From assembly GCA_020353515.1 (NCBI GenBank), contig CP070695.1:2130571-2194570 (forward strand): a stretch of 64,000 bases of DNA, read 5' to 3'. The notes below the pieces were generated by a model that saw nothing but the letters and a program-made list of their open reading frames with translations, made no database searches and had not been told where the DNA came from. This document shows, in pieces, positions 48,081 to 57,775 of the stretch. The stretch is from Candidatus Heimdallarchaeota archaeon. Its GTDB lineage: Archaea; Asgardarchaeota; Heimdallarchaeia; Hodarchaeales; Hodarchaeaceae. Made by a program: the position numbers and the translations under genes. Position 1 is the stretch's first letter. Each line of letters starts with the position of its first letter.

Positions 48081-50294
48081 TTACCCTAGCAGCATGCGAT
48101 AGACTTCTTTTGGATCGTGTTCACCTGGAGCTCGAATCTTAAATCGGATCTCAACTGTTTGTCCAGGTTGAACCTCTTTATAAACCCATTTCATAGCGCG
48201 ACCGTTCTTCACTGAAGAATGCTCCTCAAAACCGACTGGTGGATCTTCTTCTGTATCCGATACCAACTCAAATCCTTGAGGTAAGAAATCACTCACTTCT
48301 ACATTTTGAATTACTGCAGTACCCTCATTTTCCCCTCGAATAACGATCTCATATTCGTTTGACGCCTGACCAGACGTTGAACGAACCATCTTGCCAATTT
48401 TAAGCTTACGACGTTTATGTACAACAGTGATTGGACCTGCTTCTGCATCTGCCGATACAGGTTTGACTGGAGGAAATATATTTGCTAATACTGTCACATT
48501 TCCCATGAATTCATCTTCTGGTTGAGCAGTAGCGAAGAATGGATAGGTGACAAGAATCTCTTCGTCTTGCTTCAATGTTCCAATAGAGGAATATTCGAGA
48601 CGTTCGATGGTAACTATCACATTTTCTTCAGTAATTTCTAAGGTGAAATCATCTTCAGAAACCTGTTTATCACCCTTAGTAATCGTGATATTCTCTTTAG
48701 CAGGAGCCTCAAAACCATCTGGAATCTGATCTTGAAGTTGGACATACTCAACATCAGTACTTCCAGAAGATCGTATGATATTTTCAGTTATAATCTCAGT
48801 ACGTCTATAAGAAGGTATTGTATCAGGCGAGAAAGTCTTTGAGACTACAATATCCATAAAGGGTAACGCATAACCAGGAAGGGTACATTCAGCAATTATT
48901 TCTGCATCAAAAAGATACTTCACTGAGAGATCCAGTTCTCGTCCAAATTGTGGAATTACACCATCTTCTTCAACAGTTATTGTCCAAGGATCCAATGAAA
49001 AGGTTTCACCAGGATCTATAGAACGCTCTTCTTCAGGAAAGTCACTACCTAGCCATTCTAACCTCACATTTCCCTCATCGAGGGGTCCCTCATAAATTCT
49101 TACTTCTTTCAAATCCATCTCAAATTCTGAAGTATTTTCTAATTCAAATTTACAATCAAAATCACCAGGATTTTCTTCTTGCTCATCCCGAGAAATAAAT
49201 TGGAATACAGAAGAAGATCCTGTGATAGTTTCTAAATTTACGTCTGAAAGGCTTTTCTCAAAAGAGTGGTATGTTACTACGGTGTCTCCAATCTTATAGG
49301 GTTCCGTTGTGTCCTCTGGTAAGTTTACCCGAATCTCACAACTTGCTTGGACTGTTGAGTTTGCAGGTAGTTCAGCAATTTCCCATCGAATGGTATCTCC
49401 ATCCATACGCATTTCCCCATTCTCTGTTTTAAAATTGTCAATATTAGTATTAGGATCAAGAATATGTTTTTTCAAAACTACATTTTCCAGATTCCATTCA
49501 AAATCGTTTCCTAGTTCTATAGTAAAACGCATACCTGCTTCAGTACCTCGAGAGAAGGTAGGAGGTGAATCTGGTTTTTCTAAATCCCAGAATTCCTCTT
49601 TAATTCTCAATTGCGGTACTTCCACGCTAAAATCAAAGTGTACACCTTTTGTTTCCTGTGGAGAAAGTTCTTTGATTCCAAACGAATTACCAAAGACTAT
49701 AATTTCTTGGTCTTCACTACGATCGAAGGTTACTTCGTCTACTCCTTCTAAGAATGCATCTATAGCCCAAATTCGATCATTACTCCCTGTATTTGTAACT
49801 CCGATTTCCCCTTTTCCCTGTAGAGTTTCAATAGGCTCATCGTTTTCACCTATTAGATTGTTATCCTGATCTATTCTATAAGTTAGTGTTTCCTTTAATT
49901 TTACATGTAATCCAGCTTGTTTTACCTCATGTTCCTCAAGAGCTCGAAAGTCCTCCCTTGCTCTTCTTGCATCTTCCTCAGAAAAATCAGTTTCTGGAAG
50001 TGAAGCTCCCGAACTCCGGATTTTTATGGTAATATCTTTTGCTTTATTTCGTGCTCCTCGATCTTTATCATTTTCAGCGATCTTTTCAAGAACGGGAATT
50101 GCTTCTGGGTCATTTAATTTCCCCAAAGATTCAATAGCTTCTTTTCGTACATCTTTTTCACTATCACCTTCAGCAACTTCGAGTAGTGCGCGAAGAGAAA
50201 CTTTAGTACGAGTATTTCCCAATGCTTTTGCTGCTGCTACTCGTTTATTTTTGTCACTACTTTCTAAATTTTGAATTTCTGACATATTACTCAC
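48081..50294 (-). CDS. HEAT-repeat + mu-homology-like + tandem beta-sandwich protein (acidic, no signal peptide)
   Basis: About 3 HEAT repeats (KRVAAAKALG, DVRKEAIESLG, GARNKAKD) in aa 1-92; beta-rich region in aa 128-737. Confidence 0.7.
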   Translation of the reverse strand: MSNMSEIQNLESSDKNKRVAAAKALGNTRTKVSLRALLEVAEGDSEKDVRKEAIESLGKLNDPEAIPVLEKIAENDKDRGARNKAKDITIKIRSSGASLPETDFSEEDARRAREDFRALEEHEVKQAGLHVKLKETLTYRIDQDNNLIGENDEPIETLQGKGEIGVTNTGSNDRIWAIDAFLEGVDEVTFDRSEDQEIIVFGNSFGIKELSPQETKGVHFDFSVEVPQLRIKEEFWDLEKPDSPPTFSRGTEAGMRFTIELGNDFEWNLENVVLKKHILDPNTNIDNFKTENGEMRMDGDTIRWEIAELPANSTVQASCEIRVNLPEDTTEPYKIGDTVVTYHSFEKSLSDVNLETITGSSSVFQFISRDEQEENPGDFDCKFELENTSEFEMDLKEVRIYEGPLDEGNVRLEWLGSDFPEEERSIDPGETFSLDPWTITVEEDGVIPQFGRELDLSVKYLFDAEIIAECTLPGYALPFMDIVVSKTFSPDTIPSYRRTEIITENIIRSSGSTDVEYVQLQDQIPDGFEAPAKENITITKGDKQVSEDDFTLEITEENVIVTIERLEYSSIGTLKQDEEILVTYPFFATAQPEDEFMGNVTVLANIFPPVKPVSADAEAGPITVVHKRRKLKIGKMVRSTSGQASNEYEIVIRGENEGTAVIQNVEVSDFLPQGFELVSDTEEDPPVGFEEHSSVKNGRAMKWVYKEVQPGQTVEIRFKIRAPGEHDPKEVYRMLLG

Positions 50295-50554
50295 TTTAGT
50301 CTTTTTTAAAACAAAAAGCTATATTATTACTAATACTGATTTTAGACCAATAATTATCATGTGAGAATTCTTAATGACAGATTAAAAATACTAACACTTA
50401 ATGGAACCAAAATCCTTGATAATATAAGGTTAGAAAATCCAGTATTAAAACCATTTTTATCAGATAATTAATGAAATTAATTACCAATGAAAACGACAAA
50501 AAAAATCTTACTACAAATAATAAGAACCTTCAGATTGGTTTGGGTAAAGCAAAA

Positions 50555-51853
50555 TTATTTGAGTAGCTTCTTTGCTTGATCTTGCCACTTTACCAATCTT
50601 CTCCTTGAAACCCTGAGGTTTCTTTCTAATTCTTCCAAATCAACTTCTACTAAGTCTTTCAAAGTCATTATTCCAACAGTATTTAATTGGTGAGCTGTTT
50701 TTGTACCAATTCCTGTGATTGATGTAAGATTGACCTCTTCAAATGGAGGTCGACTTGGTGAAGATGGAATATCATATTCTTGTCCTGCAAAGATTGCAGC
50801 ATTCTTCTTCCATTTGTTATAAGTCTTTTCACTTGTTGAATCCTTGAAAAGTGCAAAAGATGAATTTAATAAGTCTTGAACCGTTAAAATCCCTCGTTGG
50901 TTTAATTTTTGAGCAGTTTTAGTTCCTATCCCTTTGATACTAGTAACTCGTTGATATAAAGGATCTAATGCCTCTGGTTCTATGACCTCGGGGAAATCTA
51001 CAGATTTACCAATGGACGCAAGAACTTTAATTAAGCGAGACATTGACATTCTTAATGTTTTTCGTAGAGTTTCCATGTCATCGAAGTTTAAAAGATCTGC
51101 TCTTGATGAGATTCCAAGTTTTGCTAGTCTTTCAATAGATTTTGGTCCAATCCCGCTAATAGAAAGTAGATCTTCTGGAATGGGAGTATATTCTTCGGGA
51201 GTAATAGAGCGTTCGACTTCCTTACTTATGAGAAACTTAGCATCTTCGAGCATATGAAGCAATTTAGTATCACTTACACGCATAACTTCAGCAAGAGATA
51301 CACGATCAGGATAACCTAAGAATTCCGAGATCGAGTAGACTTGGAGTTTTACCAATCGACTGGCATAAGTTTTACCAATCCCCTTTATAGCAGTAACAGC
51401 TGTTTCACTTGGGTAAATTACCTCTTTAGTTTGAATATAAGGCTCTGGTATAATCTCTTCAGTAACTACTGGAGCTTCAATATATTCCTCAACAAGTTTC
51501 AATGGACCAGCAGCAAGCATTGGTGGTTCAATTCGTTCAATGTGTTCGACATAGAATTTCTGATCAAGTGAAAAGATATCAGTTTCTACCTGAATCCGCC
51601 ATATACCATGGTGTTCATCACGAATGGTACGTGGGATTGGCCAAGTCAATTCAATTCCTTGGTCTGATCCTTTTCCATACCTGTTTAATCGCGAATTATT
51701 ACGTTTATCGAGAATTTGTAAACGGTATTGATAGGGTATCTGGTCCCCAAATGTTACTTGGATATTTATCATCTCTCCAGGAACAACTGCAAAAACTTTA
51801 TACATTGGATTCTTTGCTTTCCAGATGGAGATCGAAGACATAATTATACCCAA
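50555..51853 (-). CDS. Protein with N-terminal beta-sandwich domain and four HhH (RadA-N/HHH_5-like) modules
   Basis: IKGIGKTYASRL, ISGIGPKSIERL, IKGIGTKTAQKL, ITGIGTKTAHQL. Confidence 0.8.
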   Translation of the reverse strand: MGIIMSSISIWKAKNPMYKVFAVVPGEMINIQVTFGDQIPYQYRLQILDKRNNSRLNRYGKGSDQGIELTWPIPRTIRDEHHGIWRIQVETDIFSLDQKFYVEHIERIEPPMLAAGPLKLVEEYIEAPVVTEEIIPEPYIQTKEVIYPSETAVTAIKGIGKTYASRLVKLQVYSISEFLGYPDRVSLAEVMRVSDTKLLHMLEDAKFLISKEVERSITPEEYTPIPEDLLSISGIGPKSIERLAKLGISSRADLLNFDDMETLRKTLRMSMSRLIKVLASIGKSVDFPEVIEPEALDPLYQRVTSIKGIGTKTAQKLNQRGILTVQDLLNSSFALFKDSTSEKTYNKWKKNAAIFAGQEYDIPSSPSRPPFEEVNLTSITGIGTKTAHQLNTVGIMTLKDLVEVDLEELERNLRVSRRRLVKWQDQAKKLLK

Positions 51854-53178
51854 TGTTCTGATTCATTCAAGCGATTTTCTTTCTTAATTGGATTTAATTT
51901 AATTCGAATCCAAATTAATAAACCTATGAGTATTAGGACTCCTATAAATGTAACGCAAGTTGCAGCTAAGAATGCAACACGATATGCAATAATCTCTGAT
52001 GCACCTGATAGTAGGAGAAAGTCAATGATCGGCCCAGCAATAAGAGTACCAGCTAATCCCCAGCTAAGAAAGAAAGACGCATTAAAAACACCAAATAATC
52101 TTCCGCGATCTTTTGCTGGAATCAATCCAGAAGCAAATGCATAAGCTGACGCCATAATGACTACCTGAGAAGATCCTCTTAAAAAACTCGCGAGGAAGAT
52201 GAAACTTAAATCTATTGAAGTAATAAACAATACTAGTGCGAATATTGCCATGAATGCACCTATTAAAATCGTGTTTCCATTTCCCAATCGATACCCGATT
52301 GTCCCTACCATCAGACCTAGTAGAATAATCGCGAGTGATTGGGTATTCATAATATAAGATAATAACTCACTAGACACTGCAAAACCTGGAGAGGGGAGAA
52401 ATAAATACTGTGGTAGAATTGTAGCGATACTATTCCGACCAAAATTAATCAGTGTTATTGCTATGAGAAAAATGATGAAAATATGAGAAGAGGGGGTAAT
52501 AACGTCTGTTGGTGATAACTTGTCTTCAATTTCAGTTTGATTCTCACATGATATCCCTCCTTCAGGGACAAATACCATTGGAAAAGCTGAAAGAAACATT
52601 ATTAGTGCTGCTATAATAAATAGGCTTCCTTCATAAAATCCCCAACCCTCATATTGAAGTTTTAATCCGTCATAAAGTAATCCACCAATCCACACACCTA
52701 AAATCCGACCAATCCCTCCTATACTAGAGAGTCTCCCCTGTATAGTACTCCTTTCTTTATATGGAAATAAATCAGATATAAGAGCACTCCAACCGTTATT
52801 TGACATCGACCAAAAGATTTCAACGAGTGACAAACCAATAATGATTATCCATCCAGCAATTAATCGCTGATCCACCAATCGATGAGTAAAGAACACAATC
52901 AGTGTACCAATTCCTGCAAGAAGTTCTCCCACGATAACAAAAGTACGACGTAACTGGAGTTTATCAGATAATACTCCCCATAAAAAAGTTTGAGAACAAA
53001 CATTGAGAATCATTGGGATAGTAGCAAACAGTGTCGTTTCAGTTACGCTCATCCCAAGGAAATACCTAAGGTATATCGATAAATAGGTATAAAAAAGACC
53101 CCGACGAAACATTGCCAATACTTGAAATGAAGATAACCCTAATTGAATCCGAATTGAGATAGCACTGGTTGAGTACAA
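51844..53178 (-). CDS. MFS transporter
   Basis: About 12 TM; WGVLSDKLQLRR motif A; DRGRLFG. Confidence 0.9.
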   Translation of the reverse strand: MYSTSAISIRIQLGLSSFQVLAMFRRGLFYTYLSIYLRYFLGMSVTETTLFATIPMILNVCSQTFLWGVLSDKLQLRRTFVIVGELLAGIGTLIVFFTHRLVDQRLIAGWIIIIGLSLVEIFWSMSNNGWSALISDLFPYKERSTIQGRLSSIGGIGRILGVWIGGLLYDGLKLQYEGWGFYEGSLFIIAALIMFLSAFPMVFVPEGGISCENQTEIEDKLSPTDVITPSSHIFIIFLIAITLINFGRNSIATILPQYLFLPSPGFAVSSELLSYIMNTQSLAIILLGLMVGTIGYRLGNGNTILIGAFMAIFALVLFITSIDLSFIFLASFLRGSSQVVIMASAYAFASGLIPAKDRGRLFGVFNASFFLSWGLAGTLIAGPIIDFLLLSGASEIIAYRVAFLAATCVTFIGVLILIGLLIWIRIKLNPIKKENRLNESEHWV

Positions 53179-53183
53179 ATTTA

Positions 53184-53807
53184 TTACCCTTTTATAGAAT
53201 CAGAATCTAGTTGGATCAAAATATTTCGAATTTGAATCCATACTTGAGAAGGGGAGACATCCCCATCAATTATAACCCATTTCTTCTTTTGTGTGACTGA
53301 TCGCATCTTGTGTCTCATTTTTCTCAATCGAGCTAAACTCTCAAACATTTCTTGTTTCTCACCACGTTCTAAGATTCTATCCCGAGCAATTTCAGGTGTG
53401 ACATCGAGAAAAAAGAAATATAGACTTATTGGGAGAAAACTTGAGAAAAAGTTATAACCAAAAAACACAAGAGATCTCGGAAGATAACACACACCTAATA
53501 GGTAACGAGAAAATATAATAACCTCATTCTCGTTGTGACGATAATACTTCACCAAACTTCGAATGACATCAATAGCATAAAAAAATGCCGCTTTCAGGTG
53601 TCCTTTCTTCCCACCTTCTTCTAAAGATTTTTTTGTAATCCAGCCAAATGGATTATCTGTCGAGGGATGACTTCTTACGCGAACGTTCCATCCTTTATTG
53701 CGATAATAGCGGGCTACTTGTCTCGCTTGAGTATCCTTCCCACAACCATCACCTCCATCTATAACAATAAATAGCGGATTGGTCTTTGATTTTTTGTTAC
53801 TACCCAT
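53184..53807 (-). CDS. tmk: Thymidylate kinase-like
   Basis: FIVIDGGDGCGKDTQ P-loop; SRY in the position of DRY; FLDVTPEIARDRI. Confidence 0.75.
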   Translation of the reverse strand: MGSNKKSKTNPLFIVIDGGDGCGKDTQARQVARYYRNKGWNVRVRSHPSTDNPFGWITKKSLEEGGKKGHLKAAFFYAIDVIRSLVKYYRHNENEVIIFSRYLLGVCYLPRSLVFFGYNFFSSFLPISLYFFFLDVTPEIARDRILERGEKQEMFESLARLRKMRHKMRSVTQKKKWVIIDGDVSPSQVWIQIRNILIQLDSDSIKG

Positions 53808-54142
53808 GAAACTTCAATGAGGTTATCAAAATCAGCATTTTTTGAATATTTCTTCGTGATGATGATTTTTATCAAAAGATAATAACAGAATGGATGGAGG
53901 ATAGAATGCTTAGAAGAAAAAATAGCCAGTAAATGAGTGAATTTTCCAATCTAATTTCTTAAAATAAGAAGAATTTGAAAATCACTTTTCTGAAATGTTT
54001 ATCAGTATAATAAAAACTTTGAATTCTTGATTCAATCCCAAAACTATTTGAAGGTTTTCCCGTGAGCTTGAACAAAGAGATCTAGCGGTCATGTATAATA
54101 ATTAATGAACAACAAACAATCACAAATAATGAGGCAAGTTAA

Positions 54143-54502
54143 GTGGTACGAAAAGGAAAGGGAAAACCACAACCAGGAACAGAAATCGTCAGACGAACCC
54201 GATATCCTGCAGGGAATGAAGTCATTGGTGTTGTCATTCGAAATTTAGGCGCACGAAGAATGGAAGTTCTTTGCACTGATCAGGTGAAACGAACAGCCCG
54301 AATTCCTGGACGATTTAGGCGAGGGTATAGAATTAGTGTAAATGATGTGGTTTTAGTTGAACCATGGGCAGACTTGAAGGGTGATAAAGCAGACATAACT
54401 TATCGTTATCGAAAGAATGAAATTCGTCCCCTTGCTAGAAGATACTCAAAAGAACTTAAATCTTTAGATATAGAAATCCCCAAGACAGAACCATATTCTT
54501 AA
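54143..54502 (+). CDS. eif1a: Translation initiation factor aIF-1A
   Basis: GVVIRNLGARRMEVLCTDQVKRTARIPGRF...NDVVLVEPW...KADITYRY OB-fold signature. Confidence 0.93.
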   Translation: MVRKGKGKPQPGTEIVRRTRYPAGNEVIGVVIRNLGARRMEVLCTDQVKRTARIPGRFRRGYRISVNDVVLVEPWADLKGDKADITYRYRKNEIRPLARRYSKELKSLDIEIPKTEPYS

Positions 54503-54551
54503 CAATCCTTTTCATTTTTTTAGTGTTGGGAGGCACACTTGGAGGAAAATA

Positions 54552-55310
54552 ATGAATCATATCAAAATTATTGCTCATAGAGGTTATCTAGTTAATGGTG
54601 AACCAGAGAACTCTATCCCTGCTTTTCAGACCGCAATCCATCATGGTGCTGATGGGTTTGAGTTTGATGTTCACTTAACATCTGATAATAGATTAATTTG
54701 CTTCCACGATGACACTCTCGAGAAACTAGGTCGTCCTGAATCGATTGAAAACCTTTCCTTAAATGAAGTTACCTCAATTGAGCTCTCTGAAGGAATTACA
54801 ATCCCCTCACTCGAAGAAGTCTTTGAAACGTTTGGTAATAAGGCCTATCTAAATTTAGAGATGAAAAATCAAAAAGAAGGAGCTAAAAACTTAGTAGAAG
54901 TTATTAATCAATATGATCTGAAGCGGGAGAGTATAATTATTTCCTCATTTCATCATTCTCCCTTAAAAAAGATAAAAACTTTCGATCCAACCATTCAAAC
55001 AGGTCTATTATGTCATTCAGCAAAGGATAAATTAAAAATCGCAGAAAAATTAAACTGCAACGCTTTACACCCTTTTTATGGTAGTATTCCAGATGAATGG
55101 ATCAAGGTTTCTTCTTGGTTAACCTCCAAGATTCACAAATATTATGCTCATAAGAGCTTTAAGGTAGCAAAAAAAATAGGAATCTTAATTAATCCATATG
55201 GAGTTAATGAGGAGAGTTTTATTAGATCTACAATTCAGATGAAAGTTAACGCTATAATTACAGACGAAGTAGAACGAGCTTTTAAGTTGCGGAATCAGTT
55301 CTCTAAGTGA
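54552..55310 (+). CDS. Glycerophosphodiester phosphodiesterase (GDPD)
   Basis: IIAHRG, PENS, EFDVHLTSD, HD, NLEMK, ISSF, IITD. Confidence 0.93.
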   Translation: MNHIKIIAHRGYLVNGEPENSIPAFQTAIHHGADGFEFDVHLTSDNRLICFHDDTLEKLGRPESIENLSLNEVTSIELSEGITIPSLEEVFETFGNKAYLNLEMKNQKEGAKNLVEVINQYDLKRESIIISSFHHSPLKKIKTFDPTIQTGLLCHSAKDKLKIAEKLNCNALHPFYGSIPDEWIKVSSWLTSKIHKYYAHKSFKVAKKIGILINPYGVNEESFIRSTIQMKVNAIITDEVERAFKLRNQFSK

Positions 55311-55392
55311 ATAAAAAAAGATAATCCATTTTTAGGGTTATTTTATTGGGGAGGAAGAAAGGGTAATTGAGAACGATTTTGAGGGTTGACTT

Positions 55393-56469
55393 GTGACTTT
55401 GTTAATAACTGGTGGAACGGGGTTAGTAGGGCAAATATTGGTTCATTATTTAATGGAAAAAACAGCTTATGCTGAAAAACCTCATACAATACGATTATTA
55501 TTTAGAAAAAGAAACGGAAATCCTCATAGGCGGCGCTTTATAAGTTGGTGTGAGAAGAAAGGTATGGATCTTGTGTATGGTGATCTGAGAAAAGATGAAG
55601 ATGTAATGAGATTTACTAAAGTATCTGATCCTCAATCATCAGTATTAATTCATTCAGGAGCGATATTTAATCTTTGGCAGCCTTTCTACCTCTTATATGA
55701 TGTGAATGTGAATGGAACTAAGAGAATTCTCAAAGCTTTTCATCGAAATAGGATTAGTAAGCTGATTCACATTTCATCAGTTGCCGTATATGGTACTCTG
55801 ACTGGAACAAATGGGACAGGTATAACTGAGGACCAACCCCTTGACCTTAAGATGGAAAAAGGTTATGAGCTCACAAAGGCGCTAGGAGAACAACTTGTAC
55901 AAGATTACCAACAAGATCATCCAGAGAAACGGGTTACGATCTTACGTCCTTCTGGAATTGTTGGAGGCACTGGAACAACGTTAGATGTTTTTTCGAGAAT
56001 GTTTTTTGGTCGTTTTGTTTCCCTTCCAAGAGGTGGATTAGATAAAATCAGTCTAGTAGATGTTGAGGATGTTGCACGTGCGATCTATTATTTCTCAGAT
56101 TTTGATAAGGGAAATGGGGAAGCTTTTAACCTAGTAAGTTTCGTATCAACGCTTCGTGAGGTTGTAGAAAAATTAGGTTGGGCTTTGCAGAGGGGAAAGA
56201 TTTCTATTATCCCGATACCACTATTTATTTTCAAACCACTTTATCACCTTGCTCGAGGTATCCGAAAAATAAAGCCAGCTGAAGAAAAATCATTACTACT
56301 CCCAATTCTGTTCAATAAACTTGGGAAAGATATCTGGATTGATAACAGGAAGGCTAATTCAAGGGGTTTTCATGCAAAAATCGATCTTCATGAATCAATG
56401 AAAAAATTTAGCACATTTTTGGCACAAAATCCATGGTATGTTCAACAAAAATACGGAGTTACCTTATGA
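55393..56469 (+). CDS. Extended SDR NAD-dependent epimerase/dehydratase (3-beta-HSD-like)
   Basis: LITGGTGLVG, NVNGT, HISSVAVYG, YELTK (YxxxK), LRP. Confidence 0.88.
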   Translation: MTLLITGGTGLVGQILVHYLMEKTAYAEKPHTIRLLFRKRNGNPHRRRFISWCEKKGMDLVYGDLRKDEDVMRFTKVSDPQSSVLIHSGAIFNLWQPFYLLYDVNVNGTKRILKAFHRNRISKLIHISSVAVYGTLTGTNGTGITEDQPLDLKMEKGYELTKALGEQLVQDYQQDHPEKRVTILRPSGIVGGTGTTLDVFSRMFFGRFVSLPRGGLDKISLVDVEDVARAIYYFSDFDKGNGEAFNLVSFVSTLREVVEKLGWALQRGKISIIPIPLFIFKPLYHLARGIRKIKPAEEKSLLLPILFNKLGKDIWIDNRKANSRGFHAKIDLHESMKKFSTFLAQNPWYVQQKYGVTL

Positions 56470-56564
56470 TTAGCTTAAAAGGTAGTAAATGACCTTAGAA
56501 GATTCAGGACTATGATATTAGTGATGAAAGTTTTATATAAGATCATAATTCAAACCTTTTAGAA

Positions 56565-57392
56565 ATGATTCACCTAGGCTGTGCTGGCTGGAGCTACCAA
56601 CATTGGAGAGGTACATTCTATCCTCGGAATGTAGAAAACGAACTTACATTTTATAGCAATTATTCACTTTTAAATGAAATTAATACAACTTTTTATCGAA
56701 TTCCTTCCGAATCAATGATTAATAGATGGTATCATTCAACTCCAGATGATTTCATCTTCAGTGCTAAACTCACCCGTGAGGTTACTCATGTTTCACGCCC
56801 AAGTCTTAAAACAGATAAAATTTCAATGTTCTTCTTACGTATGCAGGGACTTGAGGAAAAATTACAATCGATCTTGATCCAATTCCCTCCAAGATTTCGA
56901 AACACGAAAGAAACATACACTTTTTTATGTCAAATCCTTGAAAAGTGCTCAAACCTTTTTTCTGGACAATTAGTACTAGAGATCAGGAATAAGTCTTGGT
57001 TCACTCCTGAGGTGAAGGATCTATTAAATGATATGTCAATCACTCTAGCTGAGACAACTACGCTTAATATTCCAGAAGAATATCAGAATGAGAATGTTCC
57101 TTTGTACTATATTCGTTTATTGGGTGACAGGAAGTTAATTCCAGATGAAAAACTAGGCGAATTCTTCTTGGATAAAAACAAAGAGAGAAAAGATTGGGCA
57201 TGGAAGCTTGTAGAACTGAGTAAAAGATATGATACAATATTTGTGCTTATTAACAACAGATTTTCTGGTTATGCAATCAATGATGCTATCTCTTTACGAA
57301 AAATTCTAACAAGAGAGAATATTTCAACCCAAGGCTTTGAAAAGGATGATAAATACATCAAAAGACAAATGAGTCTAAGAGAATTCTTTTAA
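56565..57392 (+). CDS. DUF72 family protein
   Basis: GCAGWSYQHWRGTFYP, EINTTFYRIP, LIQFPP, EIRNKSW, YIRLLG, NN. Confidence 0.92.
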   Translation: MIHLGCAGWSYQHWRGTFYPRNVENELTFYSNYSLLNEINTTFYRIPSESMINRWYHSTPDDFIFSAKLTREVTHVSRPSLKTDKISMFFLRMQGLEEKLQSILIQFPPRFRNTKETYTFLCQILEKCSNLFSGQLVLEIRNKSWFTPEVKDLLNDMSITLAETTTLNIPEEYQNENVPLYYIRLLGDRKLIPDEKLGEFFLDKNKERKDWAWKLVELSKRYDTIFVLINNRFSGYAINDAISLRKILTRENISTQGFEKDDKYIKRQMSLREFF

Positions 57393-57544
57393 TATTGAGA
57401 GGATCATCCATAAAGGCATTGAGAAAGTCTCTTGATGTTTTCGCGCAAATGAAGATGTTATCTTTCTTATAATCACTCTTTTCCTTAATTCATGTCTTCT
57501 ATTAATTTGAGTACACTGCGTATCACACTAATTTTTAAATAATA

Positions 57545-57718
57545 ATGGCTCTATATTCAAAAACGGAGCTATTAGTAATGCAATCAAAGAGCCAGATGCA
57601 ATTTCAAACTCATTGTCTTCACCAATTAGTTCGTAGCTCACTCCCAGAAGAGAAGTCAAAAGAAATTTATCGATGTCTGCGATGTGGTTGCGCTTTCACT
57701 ATTCAAAAAGTCTCCTAA
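57545..57718 (+). CDS. Small zinc-ribbon-like protein (57 aa)
   Basis: Manual translation: MALYSKTELLVMQSKSQMQFQTHCLHQLVRSSLPEEKSKEIYRCLRCGCAFTIQKVS*, with C-x-H...C-x2-C-G. Fills an otherwise empty gap. Confidence 0.5.
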   Translation: MALYSKTELLVMQSKSQMQFQTHCLHQLVRSSLPEEKSKEIYRCLRCGCAFTIQKVS

Positions 57719-57775
57719 ACCTATCTTTAGTCTGTTGGGGGAATTTGAAGAGATTTTTCCTCAATTGAACTGTGT

